The notes under the pieces were generated by a model. The model ran no database searches and had not been told where the DNA came from. It worked only from the letters and a program-made list of their open reading frames with translations. From positions 4,517-68,516 of the forward strand of contig JAGWWI010000002.1 in assembly GCA_018970465.1 (NCBI GenBank): 64,000 nt of DNA, given 5' to 3'. The position numbers were made by a program, and so were the translations under genes. The DNA comes from Patescibacteria group bacterium. GTDB taxonomy: Bacteria; Patescibacteriota; Minisyncoccia; Phycocordibacterales; Phycocordibacteraceae. This document shows positions 56,245 through 64,000 of this stretch, one piece after another. How positions within the stretch are numbered: position 1 is the stretch's first letter; every line of letters starts with the position of its first letter.

Positions 56245-57112
56245 GCTGCTATTGGGCCGCCTTCAACGCCAAAAGCTGAAAAAGCGGCACGGAAGAAGTC
56301 CGCTCGTTATACCGCCAAGCGAACTCGTTCAGGTAAGCCTGGAGGTGCTGGGGCGAAACAAAAGCGTAAGTCCCCCTGACGGACTTCTTAAACTGGCCCC
56401 AGAAGCCCTCAATGGTGTTCGTGTGCTCGCCCTTCCACAGCATGTGGTGTTTGCCGTGCTTCACATTCCTGTGCGTGTAGCCGTATGCGGAGTATGAGAG
56501 CTTGTCGTATCCCCTGTATTCGTCGGTGACGACCTTTGAACCCCTGACGACATTCTCCTTGATGAAGGGGAGGACGATAGCCGCTTGTCTGTTAGGGACA
56601 GCCTTCACCTTGATCCGACCCTTTCTCTCAACGGCCCCGAGGACAGCCTGCTTATTCTTGAACTTGGTCGCGTGAGTGCCGCCCTTGCCGTAGAACGTCT
56701 CGTCGGCCTCCACTTCACCCGTAAGTGGGTTCTTGTCTTGCTCCATGAGCTTCCTGATCTGGTGGCCCATCCTCCACGCGGTCTTATAGGTCACGCCAGT
56801 CTGCCTCTGTATTTCCATAGCCGACACCCCGTTCTTAGAGGTGGCAAAGAGGAAGATCACATGGAACCAAATCGTGAGGGAGGTGGAGGACTTCTCAAAT
56901 ATAGTCCCAGCGAGAGGGTGGATATGGTGGCCTTTATTGTTGGCATACGCCTTTCGCCCAGCAATCTTGTGGTATCCCGAGGCAGTCGGGTACTTAGTCT
57001 TGAAGATATGGTCTAGGCAGTGAATGTCAGTCGGGAACTCCGCCTTTAGAGACTTAATCGTGTACTTCATATACTCCTAGTCTATACTAGGGGCTACTTG
57101 GCGTCAAGGGAT
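56245..57112 (-). mobile_element. IS1595-family insertion sequence (ISXO2-like), about 0.87 kb
   Basis: The transposase ORF fills the element. Imperfect terminal inverted repeats 'ccttcaacgccaa' (about 56262-56274) and 'ttggcgtcaagg' (about 57098-57109). AT-rich relative to the genome. Confidence 0.7.
56249..57070 (-). CDS. IS1595-family transposase (ISXO2-like DDE)
   Basis: 273 aa. N-terminal zinc-ribbon 'CLDHI...', then '...ISAMEIQRQTGVTYKTAWRMGHQIR...EVEADETFYGKGG...KVVTDEYRGYDKL...HRNVKHGKHHMLWKGEHTNTIEGFWGQFK'. Confidence 0.9.
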   Translation of the reverse strand: MKYTIKSLKAEFPTDIHCLDHIFKTKYPTASGYHKIAGRKAYANNKGHHIHPLAGTIFEKSSTSLTIWFHVIFLFATSKNGVSAMEIQRQTGVTYKTAWRMGHQIRKLMEQDKNPLTGEVEADETFYGKGGTHATKFKNKQAVLGAVERKGRIKVKAVPNRQAAIVLPFIKENVVRGSKVVTDEYRGYDKLSYSAYGYTHRNVKHGKHHMLWKGEHTNTIEGFWGQFKKSVRGTYAFVSPQHLQAYLNEFAWRYNERTSSVPLFQLLALKAAQ

Positions 57113-57645
57113 AGGTACCAACTGTTTTTCTGCGTCGTTACATGCCCGCGCACTCCAAGAAGCCGCTCGAGGTTCTCGCGTATCCAGGCTATGTGCGTCG
57201 GGCTTGCTGAAATAAAAGCCAGGTAGTACATGAAGCTCGATGGCCAGCGCGGATCGAAGTAGCTGTAGAATGACCCGTCCCCATCGTGATGGCCGCGCAA
57301 GAAATCAAAGAAATACGTATCGGGTATCCGGAGCGCCCCGAGGCGCTTTGTCTTGTTGGGCATCAGACCGATCGAAATAAGAAATTGGTACATGACCACA
57401 TCACCGATCTGGACGTGGCTTATCGTTTGGCGAAATGTTCCTCTCTTTTCGGCAATACGAATATCCGGCCGGCCAATGCACTTGAGAAATGTCTTGAGTT
57501 GGGGAATATCCTTTGACGTGAGGCTGAACACGCGGCCCTGGCCCGAAAGATTTCCGTCCGTCGCGATGAGTCCCACGGCGTAAGCAAGCTCAGGTGACCA
57601 TACGATCTCTCCCCTCCTCTTCGGCTTCGGTCCCCGCAACCCCAT
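57094..57645 (-). CDS. Free-standing double-motif LAGLIDADG homing endonuclease
   Basis: 'LAYAVGLIATDGNLS' and 'FLRGHHDGDGSF', two LAGLIDADG motifs about 95 aa apart. 183 aa. Its stop abuts the IS1595 terminal repeat. Confidence 0.75.
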   Translation of the reverse strand: MGLRGPKPKRRGEIVWSPELAYAVGLIATDGNLSGQGRVFSLTSKDIPQLKTFLKCIGRPDIRIAEKRGTFRQTISHVQIGDVVMYQFLISIGLMPNKTKRLGALRIPDTYFFDFLRGHHDGDGSFYSYFDPRWPSSFMYYLAFISASPTHIAWIRENLERLLGVRGHVTTQKNSWYLSLDAK

Positions 57646-57691
57646 GCCTCAAGTATATAGCGTCTACCATGTTGGTATGACTTATCCGCAA

Positions 57692-57722
57692 TACAAAACG
57701 CCCGCTGAACTCCGGCGGGCGT
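57692..57722. terminator. Bidirectional terminator (aaaacgcccgc-tgaactccg-gcgggcgttt)
   Basis: 7-bp GC stem with A and T flanks, downstream of rplS. Confidence 0.6.
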
Positions 57723-57740
57723 TTGCAGCCCCTTATTGAA

Positions 57741-58232
57741 TTAGGCCGCGGCCTCGACCGCCTCAGCGGCCGGCGCCTCCGCGCTCTCGACCGGGGCCTC
57801 GGCCGCCTCCGGCTCGGGCAGGGATTCGTCGCTCTTGACGTGCATCATGCGCGCACCGCGGAGCTGCCGGCGCGCCTCCTTGGCGGCCTTCTCGCGGATG
57901 AAGCCGAGCTTAGCGCGGCGGACCTTCGAGCGCTTGACGATCTCGATCGAGTCGATCGCGGGGGAGTAGAGCGGGAACGCCTTCTCGACCCCGACGCCGG
58001 AGAGGGTCGCGCGGACCGTGAAGGACGCGCCCGCCTCGGTGCCGTGCCTGACCGCGAGGACGAGGCCCTCGAAGGCCTGCTTGCGCACGTTCTTGGTCGT
58101 CTTCTCCTTCTTGTCGGCGCCGCGGCCCTTCTTGAGCTCGACGATGTTCTGGATGACGCGGACGGTGTCGCCCGGGCGAACCCCGAGCTTGGCGCGCCCC
58201 TCCGCATTGACCGGCGTGATGACCCGATTCAT
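57741..58232 (-). CDS. rplS: 50S ribosomal protein L19 with an Ala/Glu-rich C-terminal extension
   Basis: 'MNRVITPVNAEGRAKLGVRPGDTVRVIQNIVE...FTVRATLSGVGVEKAFPLYSPAIDSIEIVKRSKVRRAKL', then a tail of about 55 aa '...PEPEAAEAPVESAEAPAAEAVEAAA'. The ORF-track N-terminus (57741..58889) is read-through. Confidence 0.9.
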   Translation of the reverse strand: MNRVITPVNAEGRAKLGVRPGDTVRVIQNIVELKKGRGADKKEKTTKNVRKQAFEGLVLAVRHGTEAGASFTVRATLSGVGVEKAFPLYSPAIDSIEIVKRSKVRRAKLGFIREKAAKEARRQLRGARMMHVKSDESLPEPEAAEAPVESAEAPAAEAVEAAA

Positions 58233-58255
58233 GACCCGCGCACTGTACCAATTCT

Positions 58256-58996
58256 CTAGGAGAAACGCAAACGAGCCTCCGCCACTACGAAATCCCCCGG
58301 CACGGGCGCCGTGACTGTCTGGCGCCCGCCCGACGGGAGCGTGAGCGTGAGCGAGAGCGCGTGCAAGGCGAGGCGCGAGAAGCCGAGGATAGCCGGGCGG
58401 CCCTTGGCGTAGAGCGGGTCGCAGACGACCGGGTGATTGATCGACTTCAGGTGGACGCGGATCTGGTGCGTGCGGCCGGTCTTGGGGCGGAGTTCGAGCG
58501 ACGCGGCCTTCTCCCCGCGCTCCTCGTCTGCGCCGCGCGCGAGCACTCGCCAGTCGGTGACGGCGGCGCGCTGCTTCTTGCTCTCCCCCGCCCGCGCGAC
58601 GCCCCAGCGCGGCGGGACAGCACGGATACGGACGATCTCCGCCTCGATCGTGCCCGCATCGTCCTTCGGGTGGCCGTAGACATAGGCGCGGTACACCTTC
58701 TCGATCTCGCGATCTTGGAACTGCTGCTTGAGCAGCGCGTACGCTTCGTTCGTCTTCGCGATGGCAAGCACGCCCGAGGTATCCCGGTCGAGGCGATGCA
58801 CGATGCCCGGGCGCGCGACGATCGCCCCTTGCGGCGAAGTCCATGGCTCGCCGACCTCGGCGAGCGCCGGATAGCGCGCGAGCACCCACTCGGCGACCGA
58901 GGGCTCCTCGGTGCGCCCGTCGCTGTGCACGATCAAGCCCGCCGGCTTGTCGATCGCGACCACGTCGGCGTCTTCGTAGAGGATCGGTACTTCCAT
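58256..58996 (-). CDS. RluA-family 23S rRNA pseudouridine synthase
   Basis: 'VVAIDKPAGLIVHSD', 'GIVHRLDRDTSGVLAIAKT', 'KVYRAYVYG', 'GRTHQIRVHL'. Confidence 0.85.
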   Translation of the reverse strand: MEVPILYEDADVVAIDKPAGLIVHSDGRTEEPSVAEWVLARYPALAEVGEPWTSPQGAIVARPGIVHRLDRDTSGVLAIAKTNEAYALLKQQFQDREIEKVYRAYVYGHPKDDAGTIEAEIVRIRAVPPRWGVARAGESKKQRAAVTDWRVLARGADEERGEKAASLELRPKTGRTHQIRVHLKSINHPVVCDPLYAKGRPAILGFSRLALHALSLTLTLPSGGRQTVTAPVPGDFVVAEARLRFS

Positions 58997-59012
58997 TGCT
59001 CTACGCTACCAC

Positions 59013-59708
59013 CTATTTCCCCCGGCGGCGTTCGCGGGAGGCGTAGTCGGCGAGGATCCGGTCGAACTCGGCCTCGGTGAGCGCGGGCCAGTAGGTGTCG
59101 ACGAAGCAGAGCTCGCTGTAGACGCCCTGCCAGGGGAGGAAGCCGGAGAGCCGCTTCTCGCCCGAGGTGCGGATGATGAGGTCGGGGTCGGGCATGCCGG
59201 CCGTCCAGAGGTGCTTCGCGAAGTTCTCCTCCGTCGCCTCCGCGCCGCTCGCCGCGAGCTCGCGCGCGGCGTGGAGAATCTCGGCGCGGCCGCCGTAGGA
59301 GAGGCAGGCCCAGAGGCGCCACGTACCCGCCGCAGTCGCCCGCTCCGCCTCAGCGAGCGTCTCTTGCATCGCCGGGTCGAAGCGCGAGCGGTCGCCGACG
59401 AAGCGGAGCGCGATGCCGCGCTCGACAAGCTCCCGCATATCCTTCGAGCCGGCCGCGAACGCCTCGCCGAGGAGGCGCAGGAGATACGCGACCTCCTCGG
59501 GCGGGCGGCCCCAGTTCTCGGTCGAGAAGGCGTAGACCACGAGGTCACGGATGCCGCGCGCCTTCACCCATTCGAGCACCTCCTTAAGCTTATCGTACCC
59601 GTGCTCGTGCCCGCGGACCGCCGCGAGCCCGCGCTCTTTGGCGAAGCGGCGGTTGCCGTCCATGATGATGCCGACGCAGGCGGGCACCGCCTCGGGAGAG
59701 GGTTGCAT
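59013..59708 (-). CDS. uppS: Undecaprenyl pyrophosphate synthase
   Basis: 'VGIIMDGNRRFAKERGLAAVRGHEHG', 'YAFSTENWGRPPEEV', 'FLPWQGVYSELCFVDTYWP'. ORF-track N-terminus reads through tRNA-Val; Met-34 was used. Confidence 0.9.
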   Translation of the reverse strand: MQPSPEAVPACVGIIMDGNRRFAKERGLAAVRGHEHGYDKLKEVLEWVKARGIRDLVVYAFSTENWGRPPEEVAYLLRLLGEAFAAGSKDMRELVERGIALRFVGDRSRFDPAMQETLAEAERATAAGTWRLWACLSYGGRAEILHAARELAASGAEATEENFAKHLWTAGMPDPDLIIRTSGEKRLSGFLPWQGVYSELCFVDTYWPALTEAEFDRILADYASRERRRGK

Positions 59709-59749
59709 ATCGAGAATAACGCAGACTGTAGCACGAGAGTTTCTCCTGG

Positions 59750-59822
59750 TGCGCCCTGAGGGACTCGAACCCCCGACCTTCCCGGTGTAAACGGGTTGCT
59801 CTACCAACTGAGCTAAGGGCGC
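59750..59822 (-). tRNA. tRNA-Val (UAC)
   Basis: Reverse complement 'gcgccct ta gctc agttggta gagc a acccg ttTACac cggga aggtc ggggg ttcgagt ccctc agggcgc a'. Confidence 0.8.
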
Positions 59823-59823
59823 C

Positions 59824-59908
59824 TGGTGCCGTGGGAGGGACTCGAACCCTCAACCGGTGAAGGATACGATTCTGAGTCGTACGCGTATACCAATTCCGCC
59901 ACCACGGC
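59824..59908 (-). tRNA. tRNA-Leu (CAG), class II, CCA encoded
   Basis: Reverse complement 'gccgtgg tg gcgg aattggtat acgc g tacga ctCAGaa tcgta tccttcaccggtt gaggg ttcgagt ccctc ccacggc a cca'. Only 1 nt separates it from tRNA-Val. Confidence 0.8.
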
Positions 59909-59965
59909 CTGTCGCGAGTCTAGCAGCTCGGTGGATACAAAGGAATCGCCTGCTACAATCGGCGC

Positions 59966-60586
59966 ATGCTGCGATTCGCCGACCGGCGGTTCATCCATTC
60001 CTTCCTCGCGGGCGCGGCCTACCTCGCGATCGCGCTCGTGATCCAATCCTATGCGGTCGCCTTCGCAACCGGCTCCGCAAGCAACTCCGTGACGGATATC
60101 GTCTTGAGCAATACGCCGACCTTGCCGGTCGACGGCTATTTCATCTACGGTACCGTCCTCGCGGCGGCCTGCGCGCTCGTCGCGAGCCTCGTCTACCTGC
60201 GGCGGGCGCCGTTTGTCCTCAAAAGCGGCGCGCTCTTCTTCTTCATCCGCTCATTTTTCGTCTCGCTCACGCATATAAACACCTTCCCGACGCAGGTGGC
60301 GATCACGCCGAACGCCATCACGCGCCTCTTCCCGTTCGTCTTCACCGGCAAGGACCTCTTCTTCTCGGGCCACGCGGGCGCGCCTTTCCTTATGGCGCTC
60401 ATCTTCTGGGACAAGCCGGCGCTCCGTTACCTCTTCCTCGGCTTCTCGATCGCCTTCGCGTTCGTCGTCCTCTTCGGCCACCTCCACTACTCGATCGACG
60501 TCGCGGCCGCTTACTTCATCACCTACTCCATCTTCGCCCTCGCGAAATACCTCTTCGCGAGCGACTTCGCCCGCGCGCACTCCTGA
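59966..60586 (+). CDS. PAP2-superfamily-like integral membrane protein
   Basis: 206 aa, about 6 TM helices. 'FFSGHAG' and 'GHLHYSIDV' resemble the PSGH / SRx5Hx3D phosphatase motifs of PAP2 / sphingomyelin-synthase-like proteins. Confidence 0.55.
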   Translation: MLRFADRRFIHSFLAGAAYLAIALVIQSYAVAFATGSASNSVTDIVLSNTPTLPVDGYFIYGTVLAAACALVASLVYLRRAPFVLKSGALFFFIRSFFVSLTHINTFPTQVAITPNAITRLFPFVFTGKDLFFSGHAGAPFLMALIFWDKPALRYLFLGFSIAFAFVVLFGHLHYSIDVAAAYFITYSIFALAKYLFASDFARAHS

Positions 60587-60592
60587 CTTGTG

Positions 60593-60664
60593 TGCCTCCG
60601 GTAGGAATCGAACCCACATCAACGCCTTAGAAGAGCGCGGCTCTATCCATTGAGCTACGGAGGC
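60593..60664 (-). tRNA. tRNA-Arg (UCU)
   Basis: Reverse complement 'gcctccg ta gctc aatggata gagc c gcgct ctTCTaa ggcgt tgat gtggg ttcgatt cctac cggaggc a'. Two G-U pairs in the anticodon stem. Confidence 0.7.
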
Positions 60665-60689
60665 CCTCTCACCCTACCCCGCCTACGCC

Positions 60690-60995
60690 CTATTGCGAAG
60701 GGTCGGCGAACTGGTACGAGCCCGTGACGTACTTCTCCTCCTCCGCGGTACGCGCCGCGAGGAAGGCCGGCAGCGTCTCGAGCGCGGAGGGCGTCGCGAC
60801 GGGCGCCACCTCGCCCGCGCTACTCGCGCGGTCGCTCCCGAGGGTCGCCGTGAAGAGGTAGAGGTGCCAAGCGAGAATGGCCGCGAAAAGGAGCGCCCCG
60901 AGAGAGAGAATGACGCGCCAGTCGCGCTCGGGTCGGGGCGTGAAGCCGCTCACGCGGCGCGCGACGGCGGAGAATTGCGTGCGGAGGTCGTTCAT
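60690..60995 (-). CDS. Small membrane protein, last gene of the pilM/N/O operon (PilP-position)
   Basis: 101 aa 'MNDLRTQF...RDWRVILSLGALLFAAILAWHLYLF...'. Its ATG overlaps the PilO-like stop (ATGA). ORF track 60690..61565 includes Arg-rich upstream read-through. Confidence 0.5.
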   Translation of the reverse strand: MNDLRTQFSAVARRVSGFTPRPERDWRVILSLGALLFAAILAWHLYLFTATLGSDRASSAGEVAPVATPSALETLPAFLAARTAEEEKYVTGSYQFADPSQ

Positions 60996-61600
60996 AGCGG
61001 GTGGGGGGCGGTTGTCGTTGCAGCGCGCGGGGCGCTGGCAGCTGCGGCGGGCGCTCCGGCTGCAGGCGCGAGCCGCGCCGCGCCGCCCGGCGTCGCGCCG
61101 ACGAGGAGATTCGCCGAGGCGGTCCAGCTCTTGCCGTCCGGCGCCGCGGCGACCGCGGCGCTCGTGACGGAGAGCGCGTGCGGAGAATATTCGATCGAGC
61201 CGAGGGCGCGCAGCACGGCGTCGAAGGAGCCCCGGATCGTCACCGCGATCGAGAGCGCCGGGTGCGCCGCACCCGTCGCCGGGACGGCCGCGACGGAGGC
61301 GATCGAGATCGCGGCGCCCGCCTCCTTGCCGCGGGTCTCGAGCTCGTTGATGAAGTCGGCTACGTCCGCCTCGGGGACGAAGTAGTTGTCGATAGTGCCG
61401 GCCTCCGTGCCAAGCGACGCGAGGCGCCCGTCGATCGAAGCGAGGCGCACCGACTCGGCGCTCGCCGCCTCGACCTTCCGCGCGAGGTCGGCGACGGCCG
61501 CCTTCGCAGCCCCCACCGAGGACCAGCTCGAGGCATACACGGCGAGCGCCGCGACGAGCGCGCACGTGGCGAGGATGGGCGCGACGACGGAGGTCTTCAT
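60992..61600 (-). CDS. PilO-like type IV pilus assembly protein
   Basis: 202 aa. N-terminal anchor 'VVAPILATCALVAALAVYA', then a coiled region '...AVADLARKVEAASAESVRLASIDGRLASL'. ATGA overlap with pilN. Assignment is by operon position and architecture. Confidence 0.5.
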   Translation of the reverse strand: MKTSVVAPILATCALVAALAVYASSWSSVGAAKAAVADLARKVEAASAESVRLASIDGRLASLGTEAGTIDNYFVPEADVADFINELETRGKEAGAAISIASVAAVPATGAAHPALSIAVTIRGSFDAVLRALGSIEYSPHALSVTSAAVAAAPDGKSWTASANLLVGATPGGAARLAPAAGAPAAAASAPRAATTTAPHPL

Positions 61601-62178
61601 GGCGCCGTGGGCGAACTGGTCGCGAGCGTCACCGTGATCGTGAAGGGGATGTTCGCGTCCTTCGCGAAGCTTGAGACGGGCAGGTCGGCGGAGGCGAACC
61701 CAGGCGCGCCGCCGAGCGCGAGCTCGTAGGCGCGCAGGTCGTCCCGGCTCGCGGCGACTCCGCCCACCGTGAGGACGCCGGGGCGCTTCCCTCCGCCCCG
61801 GTCATAGGCAAGGCTCGTGAGCGCGACGCCCGCGCGCGGGACCGCGAGCGCGTCGCGGAGCACCGCGCTCGCGGAGGCGGTAGCGCCGAGCGCCTCGATC
61901 GCGGCAGCGTCCGCCTCGAGCCCGTCGTAGCGCTTCGCGAGCGCGCTCCCCTCGGCGGTCGAGACGGCCTTGGTGAGGCCCGCGAGCCGGGCCGTCTCGC
62001 GCTCGCGCGCGCCCGCGAGGTAGCGGTAGGTCGGCGCGAGGAGCACGCAGGCGGCGACCGCTTCGAACGCGAGCGCGAGCGCCGCGACGACGAAGAGCCG
62101 GCGCACGTAGCTCCGGCGGAGCGCACGCTCCCGCTCGGGCGGCAAGAGGTCGAAGCGCGGCGTGCTAGCGGGGAGCAT
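61597..62178 (-). CDS. PilN-like type IV pilus assembly protein
   Basis: 'FDLLPPERERALRRSYVRRLFVVAALALAFEAVAA', the typical PilN N-terminus (LLPxRxxxRRR plus TM). ORF track 61597..62502 includes about 108 codons of Arg/Ser-rich read-through. Confidence 0.55.
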   Translation of the reverse strand: MLPASTPRFDLLPPERERALRRSYVRRLFVVAALALAFEAVAACVLLAPTYRYLAGARERETARLAGLTKAVSTAEGSALAKRYDGLEADAAAIEALGATASASAVLRDALAVPRAGVALTSLAYDRGGGKRPGVLTVGGVAASRDDLRAYELALGGAPGFASADLPVSSFAKDANIPFTITVTLATSSPTAP

Positions 62179-63238
62179 AGTCGTGCAGCGCGAGCCCGAT
62201 CGCGGTCGCGTAGGCCAAAGACTCGGCGTAGTCGAGCTCGGGGATCCAGTGGTCGCGCGAGGCGAAGTTGGTGAACACGTCGCCGAGGGCGACCGGGATG
62301 CGGAGCGCCGCCTCGAGATACTCCGGCAAGCCGCGCACCGAGGCGTTCCCGCCCGCGATGACCGCGCGGGCAACCGGGCCGTGGCCCGCGAGCTTCGCTT
62401 CGCGCTCCTGCCAGTATTCGAGGCGCCGCGCGACCTCGTCCTTGATCGCCGCCACCGTCGAGAGCATCGCGGCGAGGTAGTCCTCGTTGCCGGGCGCCGC
62501 AACGATCCCGTGCTCGATCTTGACGCGGCGCGCCTCGACCTCGGTCACGCCGAAGTGCTTCTGCACGGCGAGGGTGAAGGCGTGCCCGCCAATCCCGATG
62601 GTCGTCGTGAAGCGCGGGATGCGCGCTTCGACGATCGCGAGCTTGGTGGTCGTCTTCCCCAGGTCGATGACGAGGATGGCCGCGTCGTCGCCCGGCGCGA
62701 GCAGCGCGCGCGCCATCGCGGAGGTCTCGCCCTCGAGCGAGCGGACGCCGACGCGCGCGAGGTCGTAGGTCGCGAGCTCGCGGTCGGCGATCCGCTTCGC
62801 GAAGCCCGTCCCTGCGACGCGTATCCCCTGCTCGGACGCGCCGGTCGCGACGATATCGAAGAGCGTCTCCTCGGGCGGCAGGGGGACGAGCTCGGTGAGG
62901 CGCTCACCTACAGCGGTGCGGAGCTCGTCGCTCGTCTCGCCCGCAACGACCGCCTCGAAGAGATACGACTTCGCCTCCGGCAAGGCGGCCGAGACGCTCG
63001 AGACGCCGAGCGTGCCCGCGACCTTGGCGATCGCGGAGGCGATCGTCTCCGCCTCGGCGAAGTCTCCGCCCGCAAAGGCGCCCGGCGAGAGATATTCGGC
63101 CGCCCAGCTGTCGAGCACGAGCCCGCGCGCGGTGTCCCGGAGCCGCACGCCCTTCACGCCGCTCGCGGAGATGTCGATGCCAGCGAGCGGCGGCGCGAGA
63201 TAGCGCGGCGGCGGCAACGCGTGCACGAAGCGCGACAT
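62165..63238 (-). CDS. pilM: Type IV pilus assembly ATPase-fold protein PilM
   Basis: 'LAGIDISASGVKGVRL', '...AAILVIDLGKTTTKLAIV...GGHAFT...' actin-like fold. About 355 aa. Confidence 0.8.
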   Translation of the reverse strand: MSRFVHALPPPRYLAPPLAGIDISASGVKGVRLRDTARGLVLDSWAAEYLSPGAFAGGDFAEAETIASAIAKVAGTLGVSSVSAALPEAKSYLFEAVVAGETSDELRTAVGERLTELVPLPPEETLFDIVATGASEQGIRVAGTGFAKRIADRELATYDLARVGVRSLEGETSAMARALLAPGDDAAILVIDLGKTTTKLAIVEARIPRFTTTIGIGGHAFTLAVQKHFGVTEVEARRVKIEHGIVAAPGNEDYLAAMLSTVAAIKDEVARRLEYWQEREAKLAGHGPVARAVIAGGNASVRGLPEYLEAALRIPVALGDVFTNFASRDHWIPELDYAESLAYATAIGLALHDYAPR

Positions 63239-63287
63239 GAGCGCGGACATGCGCTCATGATACCGCACGCGCTTCGCGCGAACGCGC

Positions 63288-63632
63288 TTAGTGCGCAGCC
63301 GTGCCGGGCGGCACGGCGCGGTCGGGCGTGAGGAACGCGAAGGTATCGCCCTCGCCTACCGCGAAGAGCATCCCGTTCGACTCGATGCCCTTGATGACGC
63401 GCGGCGCGAGGTTCGTGACGTAGCAGAGCTCGCGGCCGACGAGCGCCGCGGGCTCCGGCACATACGCCGCGACGCCCGAGACGATCGTGCGCGGGCCGCC
63501 TTCTTCGCCGAAGTCGACCGAGCACTTGAGGAGCTTGTCCGTCTCTGGCACGCGCTCGGCGGCGAACACGCGGCCCACCCGGACCTCGATCTTCGCGAAC
63601 TCGTCTATCGTGATCTGCGGCTTAGATTCCAT
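63288..63632 (-). CDS. tRNA-binding protein (CsaA/Myf domain; EMAP-II-like)
   Basis: 'FAKIEVRVGRVFAAERVPETDKLLKCSVDFGEEGGPRTIVSGVAAYVPEPAALVGRELCYVTNLAPR'. Confidence 0.8.
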   Translation of the reverse strand: MESKPQITIDEFAKIEVRVGRVFAAERVPETDKLLKCSVDFGEEGGPRTIVSGVAAYVPEPAALVGRELCYVTNLAPRVIKGIESNGMLFAVGEGDTFAFLTPDRAVPPGTAAH

Positions 63633-64000
63633 GCTGCTTCTCGAGATAGCTGGTAAGGATGAGCGCGGCGGCGGCGGCGTCGACTGGCTCGCGCGCGGCC
63701 TCCCGCCGCGTCTTCTGCTCTTTTTCCGGCGCGCGGCGCGCCTGCTGCGAGGTGTAGAACTCGGGCTCGTAGTAGACGGGCACGTCGGCCTTGAGCGCGA
63801 TCGCGGCGCCGAGGGCCCGCGCCGCAGGCGCGATCGCGTTATCGCCCCCCGCGAGGTCGCGTGACTCGCCGACGACGACCGCCCCGACGCCCGCGCGCTC
63901 GATCAGAGCCACGAGCTCATCGGCCAAACGTGGCCCCGTCGCGACGATCGCATGCGGGAAGCCCATCCTCCCGCCCTCGTCCGAGAGTGCGAGGCCGGTC
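63622..64000 (-). CDS. ruvX: Putative Holliday-junction resolvase-like nuclease YqgF/RuvX. 5'-partial: the N-terminus lies beyond the window end.
   Basis: '...TGLALSDEGGRMGFPHAIV...VVVGESRDLAGG...YTSQQARR...DAAAAALILTSYLE'. The reading frame is still open at position 64000. Confidence 0.7.
   Translation of the reverse strand, partial: TGLALSDEGGRMGFPHAIVATGPRLADELVALIERAGVGAVVVGESRDLAGGDNAIAPAARALGAAIALKADVPVYYEPEFYTSQQARRAPEKEQKTRREAAREPVDAAAAALILTSYLEKQHGI

Noticed and set aside
57741-58889. 382-aa ORF suggesting a large protein upstream of rplS; similar N-terminal extensions on uppS (59013..59807), mscL (52700..53197), the 54949..55359 ORF, ileS (to 41019), pilN (to 62502) and the 60690..61565 ORF
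   Set aside because: - The upstream portions are Arg/Ser/Pro-rich.
- They lack start-site context.
- In several cases they run through tRNA genes (tRNA-Val, tRNA-His, tRNA-Leu).
- Conserved N-termini begin at internal Met codons, which were used instead.
1-64000. CRISPR arrays or cas genes
   Set aside because: - No regularly spaced direct repeats were seen.
- The only exact repeats found are the surface-protein junction repeats and the two palindrome copies.

Overview
This is a high-G+C bacterial chromosome segment of about 64 kb with dense coding on both strands.

**Housekeeping content**
- Cell-envelope and glycosylation genes at the 5' end (a sugar phosphotransferase, a GT4 glycosyltransferase, FtsW/RodA).
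- Core genes: ftsK, recA, efp, rpsF-ssb-rpsR, rplJ-rplL, secE-nusG-rplK, rplS, uppS.
- Four aminoacyl-tRNA synthetases: metG, glyQS, ileS and argS.
- Six tRNAs.
- A type IV pilus pilM/N/O operon.
- Several Thr/Ser-rich surface proteins.

**rRNA locus**
- An rRNA locus on the minus strand contains only 23S, then 5S, then a tRNA with a CAU anticodon.
- The 23S gene spans about 4.2 kb because it carries two insertions.
- One insertion is an intron of about 0.9 kb that encodes a single-motif LAGLIDADG homing endonuclease.
- The other is an ORF-less insertion of about 0.3 kb in domain V.

**Lower-G+C accessory islands**
1. About 22.0-25.2 kb: two proteins with a zinc-ribbon plus transmembrane N-terminus (one pilin-like, one a trypsin-like protease with Cys-rich repeats) and a ClpP-like protease.
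2. About 29.2-29.9 kb: a PIN toxin with a candidate small antitoxin.
3. About 42.4-49.7 kb: a Fic protein next to a full thymidylate/folate cycle set (dut, glyA, thyA, HIT, a dCMP-deaminase fusion, a cytidylyltransferase-like gene, folA).
4. About 54.9-57.7 kb: tRNA-Leu, an IS1595-family element and a free-standing double-motif LAGLIDADG gene.

**Most unusual observations**
- IleRS carries an in-frame histidine-phosphatase (PGAM-like) domain insertion.
- A 28-bp perfect palindrome (GGATCC core) is inserted in frame in both TatD and IleRS. In each it encodes GGGSASGG.
- Three tandem paralogous anchored proteins are separated by 3 nt. They share an exactly repeated junction sequence and a pilin-like N-terminal motif, RGFASL(I/V)LIGL.
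- A DUF4258/DUF2283-like gene pair is present.

Many long ORFs in the supplied track are antisense artefacts of the high G+C. They were rejected.
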